A DNA stretch of 64,000 bases, taken from contig NC_068982.1 in NCBI RefSeq assembly GCF_001194135.2, positions 11,634,446 to 11,698,445 of the forward strand, in the 5' to 3' direction. The notes under the pieces are model-generated. The model was not told the origin of the DNA. It was given only the letters and a program-made list of their open reading frames with translations, and ran no database searches. Below are positions 25,106 to 40,410 of this stretch, piece by piece; within the stretch, counting starts at the first letter, position 1; each line of letters starts with the position of its first letter. Both the position numbers and the translations under genes were made by a program. The stretch comes from Octopus bimaculoides (taxonomy: Eukaryota).

Positions 25106-26046
25106 TATAACTTCAGTAATAAATCTTGTTCCTTGACTTCTTAAAAAAAATTATCTGTTATCTCTAATCCTCTCTTTAGATTTAAACCAACCATATCTGG
25201 CTCAAATGTTCTATTTGTTTTATCTTCCAATTGTCCAGATCTGGTCTTTCATACCTACTCTATAATGTCATTCTAAAAATATACAATCACATCATTGAAA
25301 TCTCAAAGCTACAAGATAAGGCATAATTAATTCAAAACAATGTGAATGAATAAGTATCAAATTGGACAGAGTAATCTGAATGTTAAGGAGTTAATCCATT
25401 CAACCTTCAGGTTTTGATTTAAATATCACAGCTGGTTGAGTTTTAGGGCATTTGAATATGAGCTGTATGAGTGTTAATTCATGCGAGGTCACTGATGCTT
25501 CACTCTGTGTGTAACATGATACTTTATGCCTTCTGGTTCAAATGACTTGTAATAGATAACAAGGTAAAATATATTGTAAGCAGAACTATTTTGTATATAA
25601 CTAATGGGTTGTTTGTGGGCTCAGAAGTGTCATTCATGCTTGTTAACTTTAAGATAAGTACAGTAAAAGTGTCTTTGCTCCTGCCTCTTGTTCCAGGTGC
25701 TGAGAAAACTTGCTATGTAGATTTCCACAACCTGGTTCAATTCTTGAGTTTTAATAGAAATACCCATACCATTGCCCTGTTTTCACATATGGTATCACCA
25801 TGGCACTAAATTTAGGAAGCTTGTTTCTGACACTGAAGCTGCTGGAAATAACAGCCAAAATCTCCAAATTACATCCTACTGTCCTACAAAATGAATTTAT
25901 TGGTTCTCTAGCTATAGATATATTATGTCTTGGTGACAATGAAGTTAGTCTCTATTGGAACATCTTTCTCTATAGATCTGCTAGATTACAGTTGACTTGG
26001 AGTTACACAACAACAACAACTAAAACAATCTTGACATGGTTTAGAG

Positions 26047-26301
26047 CAGTGGTTCTCAACTGGGGTCTGCATGGCCCTGGGGGGTTCGTATCAGATTTCG
26101 TTATTAAAATTTACATGCAATAAATTGTTTATACTTGTACAATACACAAAATATTTTAATTTTTTTTATACAATTCTAATTAATATTTAATAATGAAAAT
26201 ACAATAAAAGCTTTTTATATACAGTATATGTCTATGGAGGTCCAGTATAGCAAAATAGGATCCAAAGGGGTCCATTGGCAAGAAATGGTTGCAAAACATT
26301 G
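26047..26301. mobile_element. Uninterrupted hAT (Charlie-like) MITE, about 255 bp
   Basis: TIRs cagtggttctcaac / gttgcaaaacattg. A related left end lies at about 37265. Confidence 0.8.
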
Positions 26302-27864
26302 GGTTTAAGGATAAATTATTTAAGAAGTTTTAAACACAGTTCTAGGTATTAGAATGAGGTATTAGAATTCTTTCTAGTATTAAAAAGAATTTCAGTATTG
26401 TCTTTCTATATAATGCTTATATTTTCCTTTTGTTGTTATGTCCTAATATTTAATGAAAATTCCAACTGTAAAATTGTTCCCAAGCCAAAAGTATATCAAA
26501 TTTTACTTATTGTCAAATTTGTTTCATGTTTGATATTAAAGACAGTTTTCATTTCCATCTTGAACACTGAAGATTTTCATTTAAATTTATTAAAGCATAT
26601 ATATATATATATATATATGAACATTTAAAAATGATAGCAACACCAGCTTAATATTTTTAATATAATATCTGTGCCTTTTTCAAAGAATTTCTTTCTATTC
26701 ACCCCAATTATTGTAATTGATTGATGTTTTCTTTGACTTGAAAGTATGGGATTGGTCAGAAATTAGGTGTAAATTTATTTTCTCTGAATACAGCTTGAAA
26801 TTCCTGAATGCAGGATACTACTTTTGACACACATTAACTGCCAGATAAGTTGAGGCAGACATTCATGTTTACAGAATGAATTAAGAATATAAATTCTTTT
26901 AACATTTCATGAAAACATTATTGAAAATTTCCCTGTTATGCTATTGCAGTTTATTCATTACAAATGTACATGTCTGTTCATATACAGCCTCATTTTGTTT
27001 TGAAAATTTTATTTAACTTCATATAAGCTGTATCATGTTAAAGGCTTCTTTTTATATATATACCTTGCCAGGGTTGAAAAAAAAAGCTATAAATTAAATA
27101 TTTTATGTTATATTTAGTTGATATTCTTTAATTTCTAATAATTCAACTAGGTAAAGCAGGGAGGAATGACTTTACCAGTCACTAGAAACACAAATAATAA
27201 ATAAAGCAGCATATCTACCTTTTTTTATTATGAGTCATACAGAGAAGTCAATGCATAAATTGTCATTGTTGTTGTTGTTTGAATAGTAATGGATCTGTTT
27301 TCTTTTTTGTTCAATTTTTTCCTTTATGTTGTTACTCAATAATCATAATAATTTTTATAAACCACTAAGTCAAGTAGAGAAAGCAAAAAAAAAAAAAAGC
27401 AAAAAAAAAAACCCCAACAAGGAAAATATTAAAGTTTGGAATGTGCTGTTTATAGAATATATATACACACACACACATATTTATTACATACACATAAAAT
27501 GTATTATAAAATGGTGTATCTGAAAAGTAAGATAAAATGAACCAAACCACCTAAAGTAGACAAACAAATAACCTCACATGAAAGATAAAGCACTTGGAGA
27601 CCATAAAAATCCTTTCTGCTCAAGGCAAAGTATCCATTAATGATATCAGCCAATCAGTGAAATTAGAAGGCTGATGTTAGATAAAGCTTACTATTCATAT
27701 CCGCCTGTTTAAAAAAAAAAAAAGAGAAAAATTACCAAGGACTGGTCTTTTCTTTCTGTCCTTCTCTGTTCTAATTGATATTTAATAAATGGATAAGGGT
27801 TTTCACTGGAGTCTGTAAAATCTGACCACAGTTCCTTCAACTTTATTACACATAGATATATACC

Positions 27865-28085
27865 ATCATCATCATTTAACGTCCATTTTTCCATGCTGGC
27901 ATGGATTAGATGGTTTGACAGGAGTTGGCATGGCCAAGGATTACACCAGGTTCCATAGTCTGTTATGGTTTGGTTTCTACTGCTGGGTGCCTTTCCTAAC
28001 ACCAACCATTTTACAGAGTGTTCTGGGTGCTTTTTATGTGGCACCACCACCAATGCTTTCTACATGGCACCAGCACCAGTGCTTT
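27865..28085 (-). mobile_element. RTE-type 3' end
   Basis: catcatcatttaacgtccatttttccatgctggcatgg...gcctttcctaacaccaacc. Confidence 0.75.
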
Positions 28086-28264
28086 ACACACACACACACA
28101 AACACACACATACACGCACGCACCAGAGTAAGCACAAATGCAAAATTGATGGGGAAAATAGTACTCAAATGCCGGAGGTAGAGTAATATGCTTTATTAAT
28201 AAAATTGCAAAGACATCAGAAAAATTTTGCAGCTTTATTAATAAAGTGTGCGTGTATATATGTA

Positions 28265-28305
<41 letters not shown>

Positions 28306-28819
28306 GTTTGGTTATACAAACAGAAAAATAAAACTCAAAACATGAGTATATAAATTTTTTTTTATTAGTAGTTGGCAGAAGTCACTGAGTGACTCAAGGG
28401 CCAAGAGTTTCATGTGTTGGCAATTATCAAATTGGTTTCAGATCAAAGAGTCATAAACCTACATATTCAGTGGTAATGACTCCCCCATTTATTTATGTGT
28501 GCATAAGAATGCATGTTTCTTTAAATTTTCCTTCTTTCCTTCCTTTCTTTTTTTCTTTCTTTCTTGATTGATTGATTAATTGATTGAACAGTGTAACATG
28601 CAAGCCATTTCGAAAATATGCGTTATCCATTCGATATAGTGTATTGTTTTTAGGATTTGTTCCAGAACAATCCAAGGAAATACTATTATCACTGGTATAT
28701 AAATTCATGACCCTTTAATTTTAAACCAGTTTGATAAGTTCCCAATGCACAAAACTCTCAACTGTTGAGCTACTCTGTCTGTAACTTCTGCTGAAGCCGA
28801 GTATTAATAGACAAATGGT

Positions 28820-28981
28820 TATACATGGCTAAGAAGCTGGCTTCCCAATCACATGGTCCTGAGTTCAGTCTCACTGTGTGACACACTTGGGCAAGTGTCT
28901 ACTGTAGCCTTGGGTTGAACAAAGCCTTGTGAGTGGATTTGGTAGACGGAAACTGTAAGAAGCCCATCACATGTATATATG

Positions 28982-29027
<46 letters not shown>

Positions 29028-29300
29028 TGTGTGTGTGTGTGTGTGTTTGTGTGTTTGTCTGTGTCTGTGTGTCTGCTTTTCCCCACTCTCACTTGACAAT
29101 CAATGTTGGTGTGTGTTTACATCCCCATAAGTTCTGTCTTTACGTTCTGAATTCAAATTTTGTTGAAGTTAACTTTGCTGTTCATACTTTTACAGTCAAT
29201 AAATTAAGTTTCACTGAAACACTGGGGTCGATCTAATTGACTTGTCTACTCCCCCAAAATTTCAGGCCTTGTGCCTTTAGTAGAAAGGATTATTATTGTT
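28820..29300 (+). mobile_element. Partial SINE A followed by a partial SINE B
   Basis: A head and core, microsatellite, then ttctgaattcaaattttgttgaagttaactttg and an (ATT)n tail. Confidence 0.75.
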
Positions 29301-29339
29301 ATTATTATTATTATTATATTGTGAAATATTACAGCTATA

Positions 29340-29501
29340 GGCGCAGGAGCAGCTGTGTGGTAAGTAGCTTGCTTACCAACCACATGGTTCTGGGTTCAGT
29401 CCCACTGCGTGGCACCTTGGGCAAGTGTCTTCTACTATAGCCTCGGGCCGACCAAAGCCTTGTGAGTGGATTTGGTAGACAGAAACTGAAAAGAAGCCTG
29501 T

Positions 29502-29571
<70 letters not shown>

Positions 29572-29778
29572 TGTGTCTGTGTTTGACCCCCAACATCGCT
29601 TGACAACCAATGGTGGTGTGTTTACGTCCCTGTAACTTAGCGGTCCAGCAAATGAGACCGATAGAATAAGTACTAGGCTTACAAAGAATAAGTCCTGGGG
29701 TCGATTTGCTCGACTAAAGGAGGTGCTCCATCATGGCCGCAGTCAAATGACTGAAACAAGTAAAAGAGTAAAAAAGAG
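29340..29778 (+). mobile_element. Full-length young family A SINE
   Basis: Near-consensus from head to tail. Confidence 0.92.
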
Positions 29779-30019
29779 CTTTATTTTGGGTATGATGGAA
29801 ACTGTCAGGTGTCCACAGCCAGCAGACTAAGGTGTTACCTGTTTATTGATCATACTTCAAGAACCCTGCAGAGAACTATTACAGTTCTAAGCAGTGATGA
29901 TTTTCATAGGTGTTCTATCTTTACATTTGTACCAATCTTTTTCAGCCACATTGGTAGTTGAGTGCTCATACTTCATAGTATGCCAGTTACTACTGGTATC
30001 ATATCTACTACTACTACTA

Positions 30020-30235
30020 TTATTATTATTGGTCCTTTGACCCAAGTTCGTTCTTATTCCTGGTAGAATTTATGTGGATAGAAGGTTGCTTAGGTATACA
30101 CAAGCTTTTCAGTAGTCTTTCAAGTGCTTAGAACCCCCCTGATAATCTTCCCTGTCCCTAAAAGGCAAACTTTCTGTAGAAGCTCTACAGGACATTCTAT
30201 TCCAATCTCCTTCAACCATTTGTCTATTGTTATTA
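30020..30235 (-). mobile_element. 3' end of an R4/Dong-like (restriction-like endonuclease) LINE
   Basis: C-terminal ...IGIECPVELLQKVCLLGTGKIIRGVLST* matches LQKxxLLGTARILRxVL; short UTR, then (AAT)n. Confidence 0.75.
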
Positions 30236-30597
30236 TCTCCGCCTTAGCGAAGGTGGAGGTATTGTTTTCAGTTATGTTTGTTTGTCCTGGGACAAGATAT
30301 CTCAAGAACCGCTTGATGGATTTGGATGAAACTTTCAGAGATGTTTGGCCTTGTGATTGGCATGAACTGATTAGATTTTGGGATTGATCTGGTACCAGAG
30401 AAGGATTCTGGATTATTTATCCTCGTTTTTTTTTTTTTATTTTTGAGAGCAGTCAGGTTCATTTTTAATATTCTCATTTGTGAGAGCAGTCAAATTTATT
30501 TCAAATATTCTCATTTTAAAAATCATCTCTGCTAATCATTGAGAAGACGTTGGTGTTGCCTTGGTAGAGGTTTGCGCTCTCTGAGTAGCTCTTGCTA
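30232..30597 (+). mobile_element. Non-autonomous element, Helentron/HINE-like (class tentative)
   Basis: tctccgccttagcgaaggtggaggtattgttttc...gatggatttggatgaaacttt...gccttggtagaggtttgcgctctctgag. Confidence 0.5.
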
Positions 30598-30629
30598 CTA
30601 TTATCATCATCATTATTATTATTATTATC

Positions 30630-31478
<849 letters not shown>

Positions 31479-32691
31479 CATTAAATTCAAATTACGATGA
31501 ACGTAAACAAACAAATGAAGTTTGCTTTTTAGAAGCGTTGAGATGTCTTAGAAAGTTAGAAAAGTGATTTTAAATTCTCAAACGCAGGATAATGCTAATA
31601 ATATAGCCTGAACAGGATAAGCTACCCCTATTTTGCAGAAATAATGATAATAATGATAATAATGATAATAATAATTAATAATTATTATTATTATTATCAT
31701 TGTTACTATGATGATGATGATGAAATCATCAAATCAATTAATTATAACTGCTTGAAGGTAATTTTATCTCGGAATTGTTGCCAAACCTGTTCATTATAAA
31801 ATATAACAAACTATATAGACACATTTAAAAGTGACATATATTTTTTCAAGACACATGGCTTCCTACAGTCTGTTCAAACATTTGTTTCATTGCTTGGAAG
31901 AAATTATATACAAAGAAATTGTACCTGCTTAGATATTCATATCTTCATGCTGACAGTACATGAATGGCAGCAATTGTTAAACATGCCTAGAAATATTTTG
32001 GTAGATGCCACCTATCAAGCCGTCTACATGTTTTACATATATTTATGCACAAATCTAGACATGTTTTAATCATATATCTCACTTTCATTTATAAAGCAAC
32101 ATTTGAACTATCAACAGAGATTTTCTTGGTGTATTCACAATGTGACATTCATCATGAATATTTAATAAAATGAAGATAAATTTCTAATCAGGTTTGTCTT
32201 GAGTTTCCACTGAATGAATCTTTGCAAAGCACGTCCTTGTTCCTCAAATACTATATCAGTCTGCTGATGTCATTGAATATTTACATTTTGCAATTAGTTA
32301 CTTTCAAATACTCTAAAGACCGGCTAAATATGATGCTTTTAGGCAACAATAAATACAATTTTGGTCAACAAAGAAATTTGAATAGCTGCAGACCTTCAGT
32401 TATGCAGTGTATGTGTGTATGTGTGTTTGCAGAATGAGAGAGGGATAGAGAGAAGGAGAGAGTGAGTGCGAGAGCATCTATGTTACTGTGGTAACATGTG
32501 ACAAGATGAATAACAAGATCATTTGTATAATATTACTAACATTTTGTATGGGGAAGAGCAAGATTACCACACATCCTTGAGCCATAAAATTTGTTGAATG
32601 CTGACAGACAAACTTTATACTATGTATAATAACATTGGCAGTTTTCACTAAAGGCAAAGCACTGGTGTTAAAGCATCAGTTTTCCTTATAG

Positions 32692-32852
32692 ACGCAGGCA
32701 TGGCTGTGTGGTAAGAAGCTTGCTTCCCAACCACATGGTTCCAGGTTCAGTCCGACTATGTGGCACCTTAGGCAAGTGTCTTCTACTGTAGCCTAGGGCT
32801 GACTAAAGCCTTGTGAGTGGATCTGGTTGACAAAAACTGAAAGAAGCCTGTT

Positions 32853-32888
<36 letters not shown>

Positions 32889-32917
32889 AATTACAGAATT
32901 ATATATATATATATATT

Positions 32918-33007
<90 letters not shown>

Positions 33008-33245
33008 TATATAGCTGTGTGTGTCCTTTGTGTCTGTGTTTGTCTTCCCATCATCGCTTGACAACTAATGTTGTGTTTACGTCCCCCATTACTAGCTAAC
33101 TAGTGGTCTGACAAAAAGTGACCAATAGAATAAGTTCTAAGCTTATAGAGAATAAGTCTTGGGGTCAATTTCTTTGACTAAAACCCTTTAAGGTGGTGCT
33201 CCAGCATGGCTGCAGTTATATAATTGAAACAAGGAAAAGAATAAA
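32692..33245 (+). mobile_element. Family A SINE with an expanded (TA)n centre
   Basis: Head, core and tail are all present. Confidence 0.85.
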
Positions 33246-33679
33246 AGAACTTGTGTCTCAGAAAGGGTTACATTTATCTAACATAGCCCACGAGGAAACC
33301 TTTACAGTGTCACTCAACCTACTAGAAATAGTAGCCAAATCACCTTCAGATGCTCTCCAGTAATTTAAAAACAAAAAACATATAGGACACATTGATAGCA
33401 TAGCCCATTGCATAAAAAAAAAAGAAGTGTTGGTCACAATGAGAACGCTTTTGATCATAGAACTGCTTGAACTGGGCTAACCTAGGGTTTGACAATGATG
33501 ACAATCATACACAAAACCTTCATGATTGGAGAATCATTACATTGAGTAAGAAATTGGAAGAAAACAATGGATATGTCTTTTTGCTGAAAAAAACTGATTA
33601 AAAATTAGAAATAATGACATATTTTTTAGACATGAATTGATTATTGACATCATGTGAGAAAATATGAATATCTTTTATC

Positions 33680-33997
<318 letters not shown>

Positions 33998-34189
33998 CAT
34001 ATATATATATATATAATCATCATCATCACCATCGTTTAATGTCTGCTTTCTATGCTAGCATGGACGATTTGACTGAGGACTAGTGGACCAGGTGGCTACA
34101 CCAGGCTCCAATCTGATTTGGCAGAGTTTCTACAGCTGGATGCCCTTCGTAATGCCAACCGCTCCGAGAATAAAACTTACTTGGAAAAA

Positions 34190-34345
34190 GATGCGTGGCG
34201 TTCGATCATATAATAATATAAATATATAAATATATGCATATATCCATACAAATATGTACATACCTACATCTATATACATGCATATATGGGGACAGGACAT
34301 CAAAAAAACATTAAACACAATGAGAAACGAAAACAGAAAAATGAA
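34190..34345. repeat. Unclassified interspersed repeat, with a longer copy at 57890-58420
   Basis: Shared catacctacatctat...ggacaggacatcaaaaaaac..taaacacaatgagaaacgaaaacagaaaa. Confidence 0.75.
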
Positions 34346-35222
34346 AACATAGAAAACGAAGCCTGTCATATATATGTGTGTTTCCGTGCATGCATGTATC
34401 TGTGTGTATGTGTTTGTCCCCCACCACTGCTTGACAATTGGTGTTGGTGTTTTTACATCCTCATAATGAAACAAACAGTTCGGCAAAAGAGACTAATAAA
34501 TAAGTACCAGGCTTTAAAAAAAAAAAATGTACTGGAGTCATTTTATTTGATTAAAATTCTTGAAAGTGGTACCCCAGCATGGCCACAGTCTAATAATACC
34601 TGAAACAAGTAAAAAAAAACAAAACAATTATAATGGAGCAAAAAGTTGCATGAAGAAGGAAAAAAAATGTTCAGTACACATTGTGGAATTTTCTGCTGTT
34701 TATTGTAAACTGAAAATTTAATGACCTGTTACTCCAAATTTCATCTTCAGATGACAGTAAATTTTTGTGCAAGAACAACCGGCTTCTGTAACTTCTTTCT
34801 ATGAAATAAAATGAATATAATGTAAATACAGGGTGCTGTTTGGATGCAGGTGTAGCACTACTGCATTCTTGTATTTTGCATATGAGCGTTTTTATTTGTA
34901 GTTAATACATTTTCCCTTTGTTGTTAAAGTGCATATGAACATAAAAAAAAAAGAAAAAAAATCTTATCTGATAAAAAAAATATATATGTAATACTATATA
35001 TAATTTTATTATATGTATGTTTTCGTAAGATAAAGGAAGACATTATATTCTTTCTTTCTTTTTTTTTTAATGTTCAGATGCACTTTAACTATAAAGTAAA
35101 TTGTAATATATACTCAAACACACATGTACGAAATACCAGAATATGATGTTCCCCTCAGCGTCTAGCACTATGTTCAAACAATTTCACATTTTTTTTTAAA
35201 GGTAGAAGCTATCACACACACG

Positions 35223-35255
<33 letters not shown>

Positions 35256-35280
35256 GTTGTACTTGCTCCAATATTCATTG

Positions 35281-35317
35281 CTGTCTGAAGACTGGAAACA
35301 TGAAACTTGAATGACAG
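35281..35317 (+). ncRNA. Degenerate minimal hammerhead motif, related to the 54140 copy
   Basis: CTGT-CTGAAGA-ctggaaacat-GAAA-cttgaa-TG-ACAG. Stem I and core present; stem II and the cleavage site are broken. Confidence 0.4.
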
Positions 35318-35358
35318 TTTTCAGTTCACATNNNNNNNNNNNNNNNNNNNNNNNNNNN

Positions 35359-35420
<62 letters not shown>

Positions 35421-36514
35421 GTCTACATAAAATCTCCATGTTGTTGTTTGACCTCAGGTTATCCTTGTTCAAGCTGACTAGGTGACCGAAGGTATTTTTT
35501 TCTTTTCCAAGCAGAGTGAGCCCTGAAATCTGTTACCCAATGTGCCCTTTGTATTGATATTGTAATGTGGTTTTAGGGAGATGCAACTGCTATTTCTAGC
35601 AAGTCAGCATGTAGTGACTCCTTACTAGAGATAGTGTTGGAGTTAATGTACCATTATCCAATTACAGATTTTTGTTTTTAATTTAAATTCTAATTTTCGT
35701 CCTTTTTACAAATAATTTCAGAACCAAACTTCTCATTAGAGTATCTTTTCGTAGATTGCAGTCTAAATTTTCCAGTAATTAAGATTTGAAGATATTCAGT
35801 GTGTGTTTCTATTCATTTCTTTTATTACCATTATTAATATTATTTTGTTTGAGCAAGTGAACAAGAGAGAAGCAAAAGAAAGAAAACTTTGAACTATCGA
35901 ATTATAAGCCATACAAGATTACTTTCATCACAGTTAATGTAAATTTTCTTGTAGAAAAGTTAAATAAACTAAATGAAATCACTAGAAAACTTTAATTTAT
36001 ATATAAGATTGACTTTGATTATGTCTTGACTAACAGACATTTAAGGATTTCACTAGCTATATATAAAATAGATAAGAAAACATTTTTCTTCTTCTAATGG
36101 TAAATCAATTACTTTCCTCAACTTGGAATATCCATTCTTACAGAGCAAATTTTTCTAAATTTTCTCTAAGAGCAGAAAGGTTACTAAATAAGAAGAATGT
36201 GAGTATATTCGGTTAGTCAATAGAATGGCTCTTGAGAACTATTTTACTAAATGCTGCTAAGTAAATATTGCATTGATGGGTTTCTTCTAAATGTTTCCAT
36301 TCTTGGACTTTGAAATCTCTTGATGTTTACAAAATATCTGCAGTCATCACCAGATTCTTGGAAGCCATCATTTTCATGTTACGTACAAGTATTTTTTCTA
36401 TCTAATCTTGAAAGAACCTTACAGTCATTGTAGTTTTTTTTTCCTTCAAGATACATCTACATCACACCCCTTACCTCATCTTTTTTTATTGTGTTCAATT
36501 CCTGTGCTATTCTG

Positions 36515-36935
36515 GGCTTTCAAAAGGTTGATAAATTACTAAGAAATCTGTTTGGATGTTTTAAAACTGTATGACAAATATGTACAGGGGAAAAGTGTTT
36601 TGGCGGCAACACTAAACACTGGAAGATATGTGGAAAGAAATTTACTGGACTGGATTTCTGATATTTTACTCGTGAGATTCTTATAAACGTTCTAATATAG
36701 AGACAAATATATTTTTCTTGAATATCATGGTTATGGCATCCAAATCAAATACATAAGATGCAAGAAAATATATGAAAATATTTCTAATGGAAATAAGAGT
36801 TGATTCTTAAATCCAGACGGGGAAAACGAGACTGAACCTTATAAACAAATGACCTATTCCACTTTTATGGTTCAGATTCACTGCAATAAACTGGCCCTTA
36901 GATAATCTGTTTTGAAGGAATATAAGGTTTCTGAA
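36515..36935 (+). mobile_element. Decayed R4/Dong-like reverse transcriptase fragment
   Basis: INY*EICLDVLKLYDK (about INHLFYMDDLKLY), DKYIFLEYHGYGIQ (about YKYLGIxEGDGIQ), TRLNLINK*PIPLLWFRFTAINW (about LN..INxxAIPVLxYSFxIINW). Confidence 0.65.
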
Positions 36936-37417
36936 ATTCAACTAGAGGGAAGAAGAAAAATTGAGAGAGAAATTATTTTGATATGACAAGAAATTTGTAT
37001 GGTTTGCATGACCGAAGAAAAGAATCTATATTCGGTAAGAAACAGAGCAAGAATTATGAGAAAACTAAATATAAAGTCTTTGAGCTTCAACATTGACAGC
37101 AAGTGCACTGAGAAAGTGACATAGCATGCAGAAAAGGAATACTTAATCAACACCTGAAATTCTACTGGGGTGGGGGTGGGGGAAAGAAATCCTTTCATGG
37201 TGGACTTTTTCTAAGCATCAATGAAGCTGATTTAAATAAGACAGAAGTATGTCAGTTGTTGGACCAGTGGTTCTCAACCATTTCTTTTAACTATGGACCC
37301 CTTTGATTAATATTTTATTCTGGTAGACCTACATAACCATTTGATGTTTAAAAACTAGTTTTATAGATACTTCTTTCAAAATTCCTGCTTTGTTTTTCCC
37401 ACATTCACTTTATTCTT

Positions 37418-37806
37418 TTAATCTTTTACTTGTTTCAATCGTTTGACTGTGGCCATGCTGGAGCACCGCCTTTTAGTCAAAGAAATCGACCCAGGACTTA
37501 TTCTTTGTAAGCTTAGTATTTATTCTATCAGTCTCTTTTGCTGAACCATTTACGTGTACGTAAACACACCCAAAATTGGTTATCAAGCGATGTTGGGGGG
37601 ACAAACACAGACACACAAATACATATATATATATATAATATATATACAAAAGGCTTCTTTCAGTTTCCATCTACCAAATCCACTCACAAGGCTTTGGTCA
37701 GCCCGAAGCTATGGAAGATACTTGCCCAAGGTGCCACGCAGTGGGACTGGACCCAGAACCATGTGGTTAGGAAGCAAGCTTCTTACCATACAGCCACACC
37801 CGCACC
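37418..37806 (-). mobile_element. Full-length family A SINE
   Basis: Head to tail, inserted in a hAT-like left end starting at about 37265. Confidence 0.9.
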
Positions 37807-39674
37807 TATCGCCAAACTTGGTTAAAATAATTTGTTTTGGAAACATAAAACCTGTATTATATTTGAAGTGAGATTAGAAGTTAATTGATGAATTTTTAAA
37901 AATCACGTGTCTTATGTGTGCATGCACACATGCATGTGCGCATATCTGTACATATGCAGGCTGTTTTAATTTCAGGACTGTATCCTTTACATCCCTGGAA
38001 TCATTATCCATCTTTAGATTTTAAACATTTAATTTATATCTAATACTATTATTATATAGCACATCAATTTACAACCAATAGTTCAATCCTAATATATTAG
38101 TACATCATACAGAATGTAAATCATATAGATGCATTCTGTGTGCATGTGTGTATTTTATAAATTAATCTTTGAATATTAAAAAAGAAAAAAATATTTCTAA
38201 TTTGTGATTTAATTAGAGTTGTGTCGATTCTGCTGACTGTTTTCAAGCTAACTCTTCTAGCCAAATAAAATTACCACGTATATTTACTTGGCATAATTAG
38301 TTTTCTAAATTTAAATACATTTGGATACTCACTGATTAGTAACTGATACTCTGCATCTAACATTTAACTTAATGTCTTGGACTAATTGCATTTAATTTGC
38401 AAACTGAAAATAAATTCTTTATGTTACTCAAACTCTTCAGTTAGGAAATATAAAGTGATATTTTTAACATAGCTGCAAGCGTTTTCTACATAAAAATCTT
38501 TTTTATCTCTGACTACAACTGTCTACTTATGACCTTATTCAGTTGTCACACTGATCATTGACCTACTCTTCTCTTCTATCTTAATTTCCTTCTCTCTTTC
38601 CTATTATACCTACATTACTGTCATATTTCATACCATTATTCCACTTCTTCTAAAATACATTTTCTATCAACAGATTTAATTCTTTATCTCTCCCAACTCA
38701 AGTTCTTTTCAATTTATTTTTCCTTTAAAATTTTAAATTACAATATATTTTATTGTGCCCATTTCTTTTCAGAAAACTAGTTGAGGTGTGGTGTATATAG
38801 TAAAGTGGAGTGACATTTTATGAAATATTAGGATAGGATGTGACTCTAAAATATTATATGAACGTAGAAAAAGAAAAAAAATTTTTTAAATCCAACCTCA
38901 AAGTTACTGTCAAATAGAATTGTTTAAAGCAAAATTGATTTTGGTAAGGTATGATTAGGATCTATCTAATGCAATTTTTTTCCGCTTCTTATAAAGCATT
39001 TTTTTTCAATTATAACTTCATATTTATGGTCTCTCTCTCTCTTTGATGCTTGGTTCTAAATGAGAAAAAATATCAGTGTCCTAATGTATAATGATGTTTA
39101 TAGAAATATTGATAAAATAAATTAGGTGTAAGTTGACATATATTTTGCATTCATTTGTGGCCCAGAACAGGTATACATTTCAGATGGTAATAGACATTTT
39201 AATTGCATAAAAATGCCACTAGAGGAAATAACTATAAGAGTTGATGATTTACTTGCCATAACTTACAGGCAGAAGAATATGTACTGCCAAAGCTAAAAAT
39301 AAGAAATTTATTGCTTGTATGTATATGCACACACATTCACGTGTATATATATATATTTATATATATTTATAAATGATACATGATAAGATGAACTTACAGG
39401 ATTTATGTGTCATAATGATGGCAATACATTAAGTTGAAAATTGGGTTATTTATATGAAATCAACTTCTATCAAATTGGTTGATAAGTTTAAATAATAGTA
39501 AAAGCTCATATAGGCACAAATAAAACTATAAATTAGAGAGGGGGGAGGGTATAGGAATTTGTGTCAGTTCCGCTACATCACATATACTTATGCTGTAGAG
39601 TTGTAAGGCAAAAATCAATCTTGAGGAGATTTGAACTGATAAAATACAGCATGGTATTTTATCTGACACTACAT

Positions 39675-39893
39675 TTAACACTTTAGCATTCTCTCAAATG
39701 TAATGCTTATTTATTCACAACGTTTTGAATTAATCATGCACTATCTCATTGCTTTGAGGTTTTGATGATGTGATTGTTTATTTTTCAAATAATGCAGTAG
39801 GGTAGGTACGAGAAGCCAGATTTGGCCTGTTTGAGCATAAAACAAGTGGAATATTTGGACCAGATATGGTCAGTTTAAATGGTAAAGTGTTAA
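39675..39893. mobile_element. piggyBac-type MITE
   Basis: TTAA|cactttagcatt ... ggtaaagtg|TTAA. Confidence 0.65.
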
Positions 39894-40019
39894 TGCTTTT
39901 TAAAATAGGAGATGATAATGATGATGAGAACTGAGGTTTGGAATATCCTTGATAAAAATAGTTTCACATTAATTTGAAATGTGTAAGATACAATGAATTT
40001 AGAAAATATGAAAAACATA

Positions 40020-40410
40020 AGTGGCTGTGTGGTTCAGAAGCTCGCTTTGCAACCACATGCCTTGGGTTCAATCCCACTGTGCAGTACCTTTGGCAAGCGT
40101 CTTTTACTATTACCTCTGGCCGACTAAAGTCTTGTGAGTGAATTTGGTTGACAGAACCTGTGTGGAAGCTCTTTGTGTGTGTGTGCATGTGTGTGCGTGC
40201 ATGCATGTATATATGCATGTGTGTATTTGTATCTGTCTCCTTACCACCATCCTGGTTGATGTCTGGTGTTGGTTTGTTTACATCTCCTATATCTTGGTTT
40301 AGCAGAAGAGTCTGACAGAATAAGTACCTGACTACATGGGGTGGGAGGAATGTGTTTGATTAAAATCCAGCAAGATTATACTGGATGTAGTCCAATGAAT
40401 GAAGTGAGTA
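40020..40410 (+). mobile_element. Old family A SINE
   Basis: gtggctgtgtggttcagaagctcgctttgcaaccacatg. Confidence 0.75.

Noticed and set aside
25697-26000. Acceptor ttgttccag|G followed by GAEKTCYVDFHNL...
   Set aside because: It overlaps an old repeat (gaaataacagccaaaatctcc) also seen at about 33325 and 35590.
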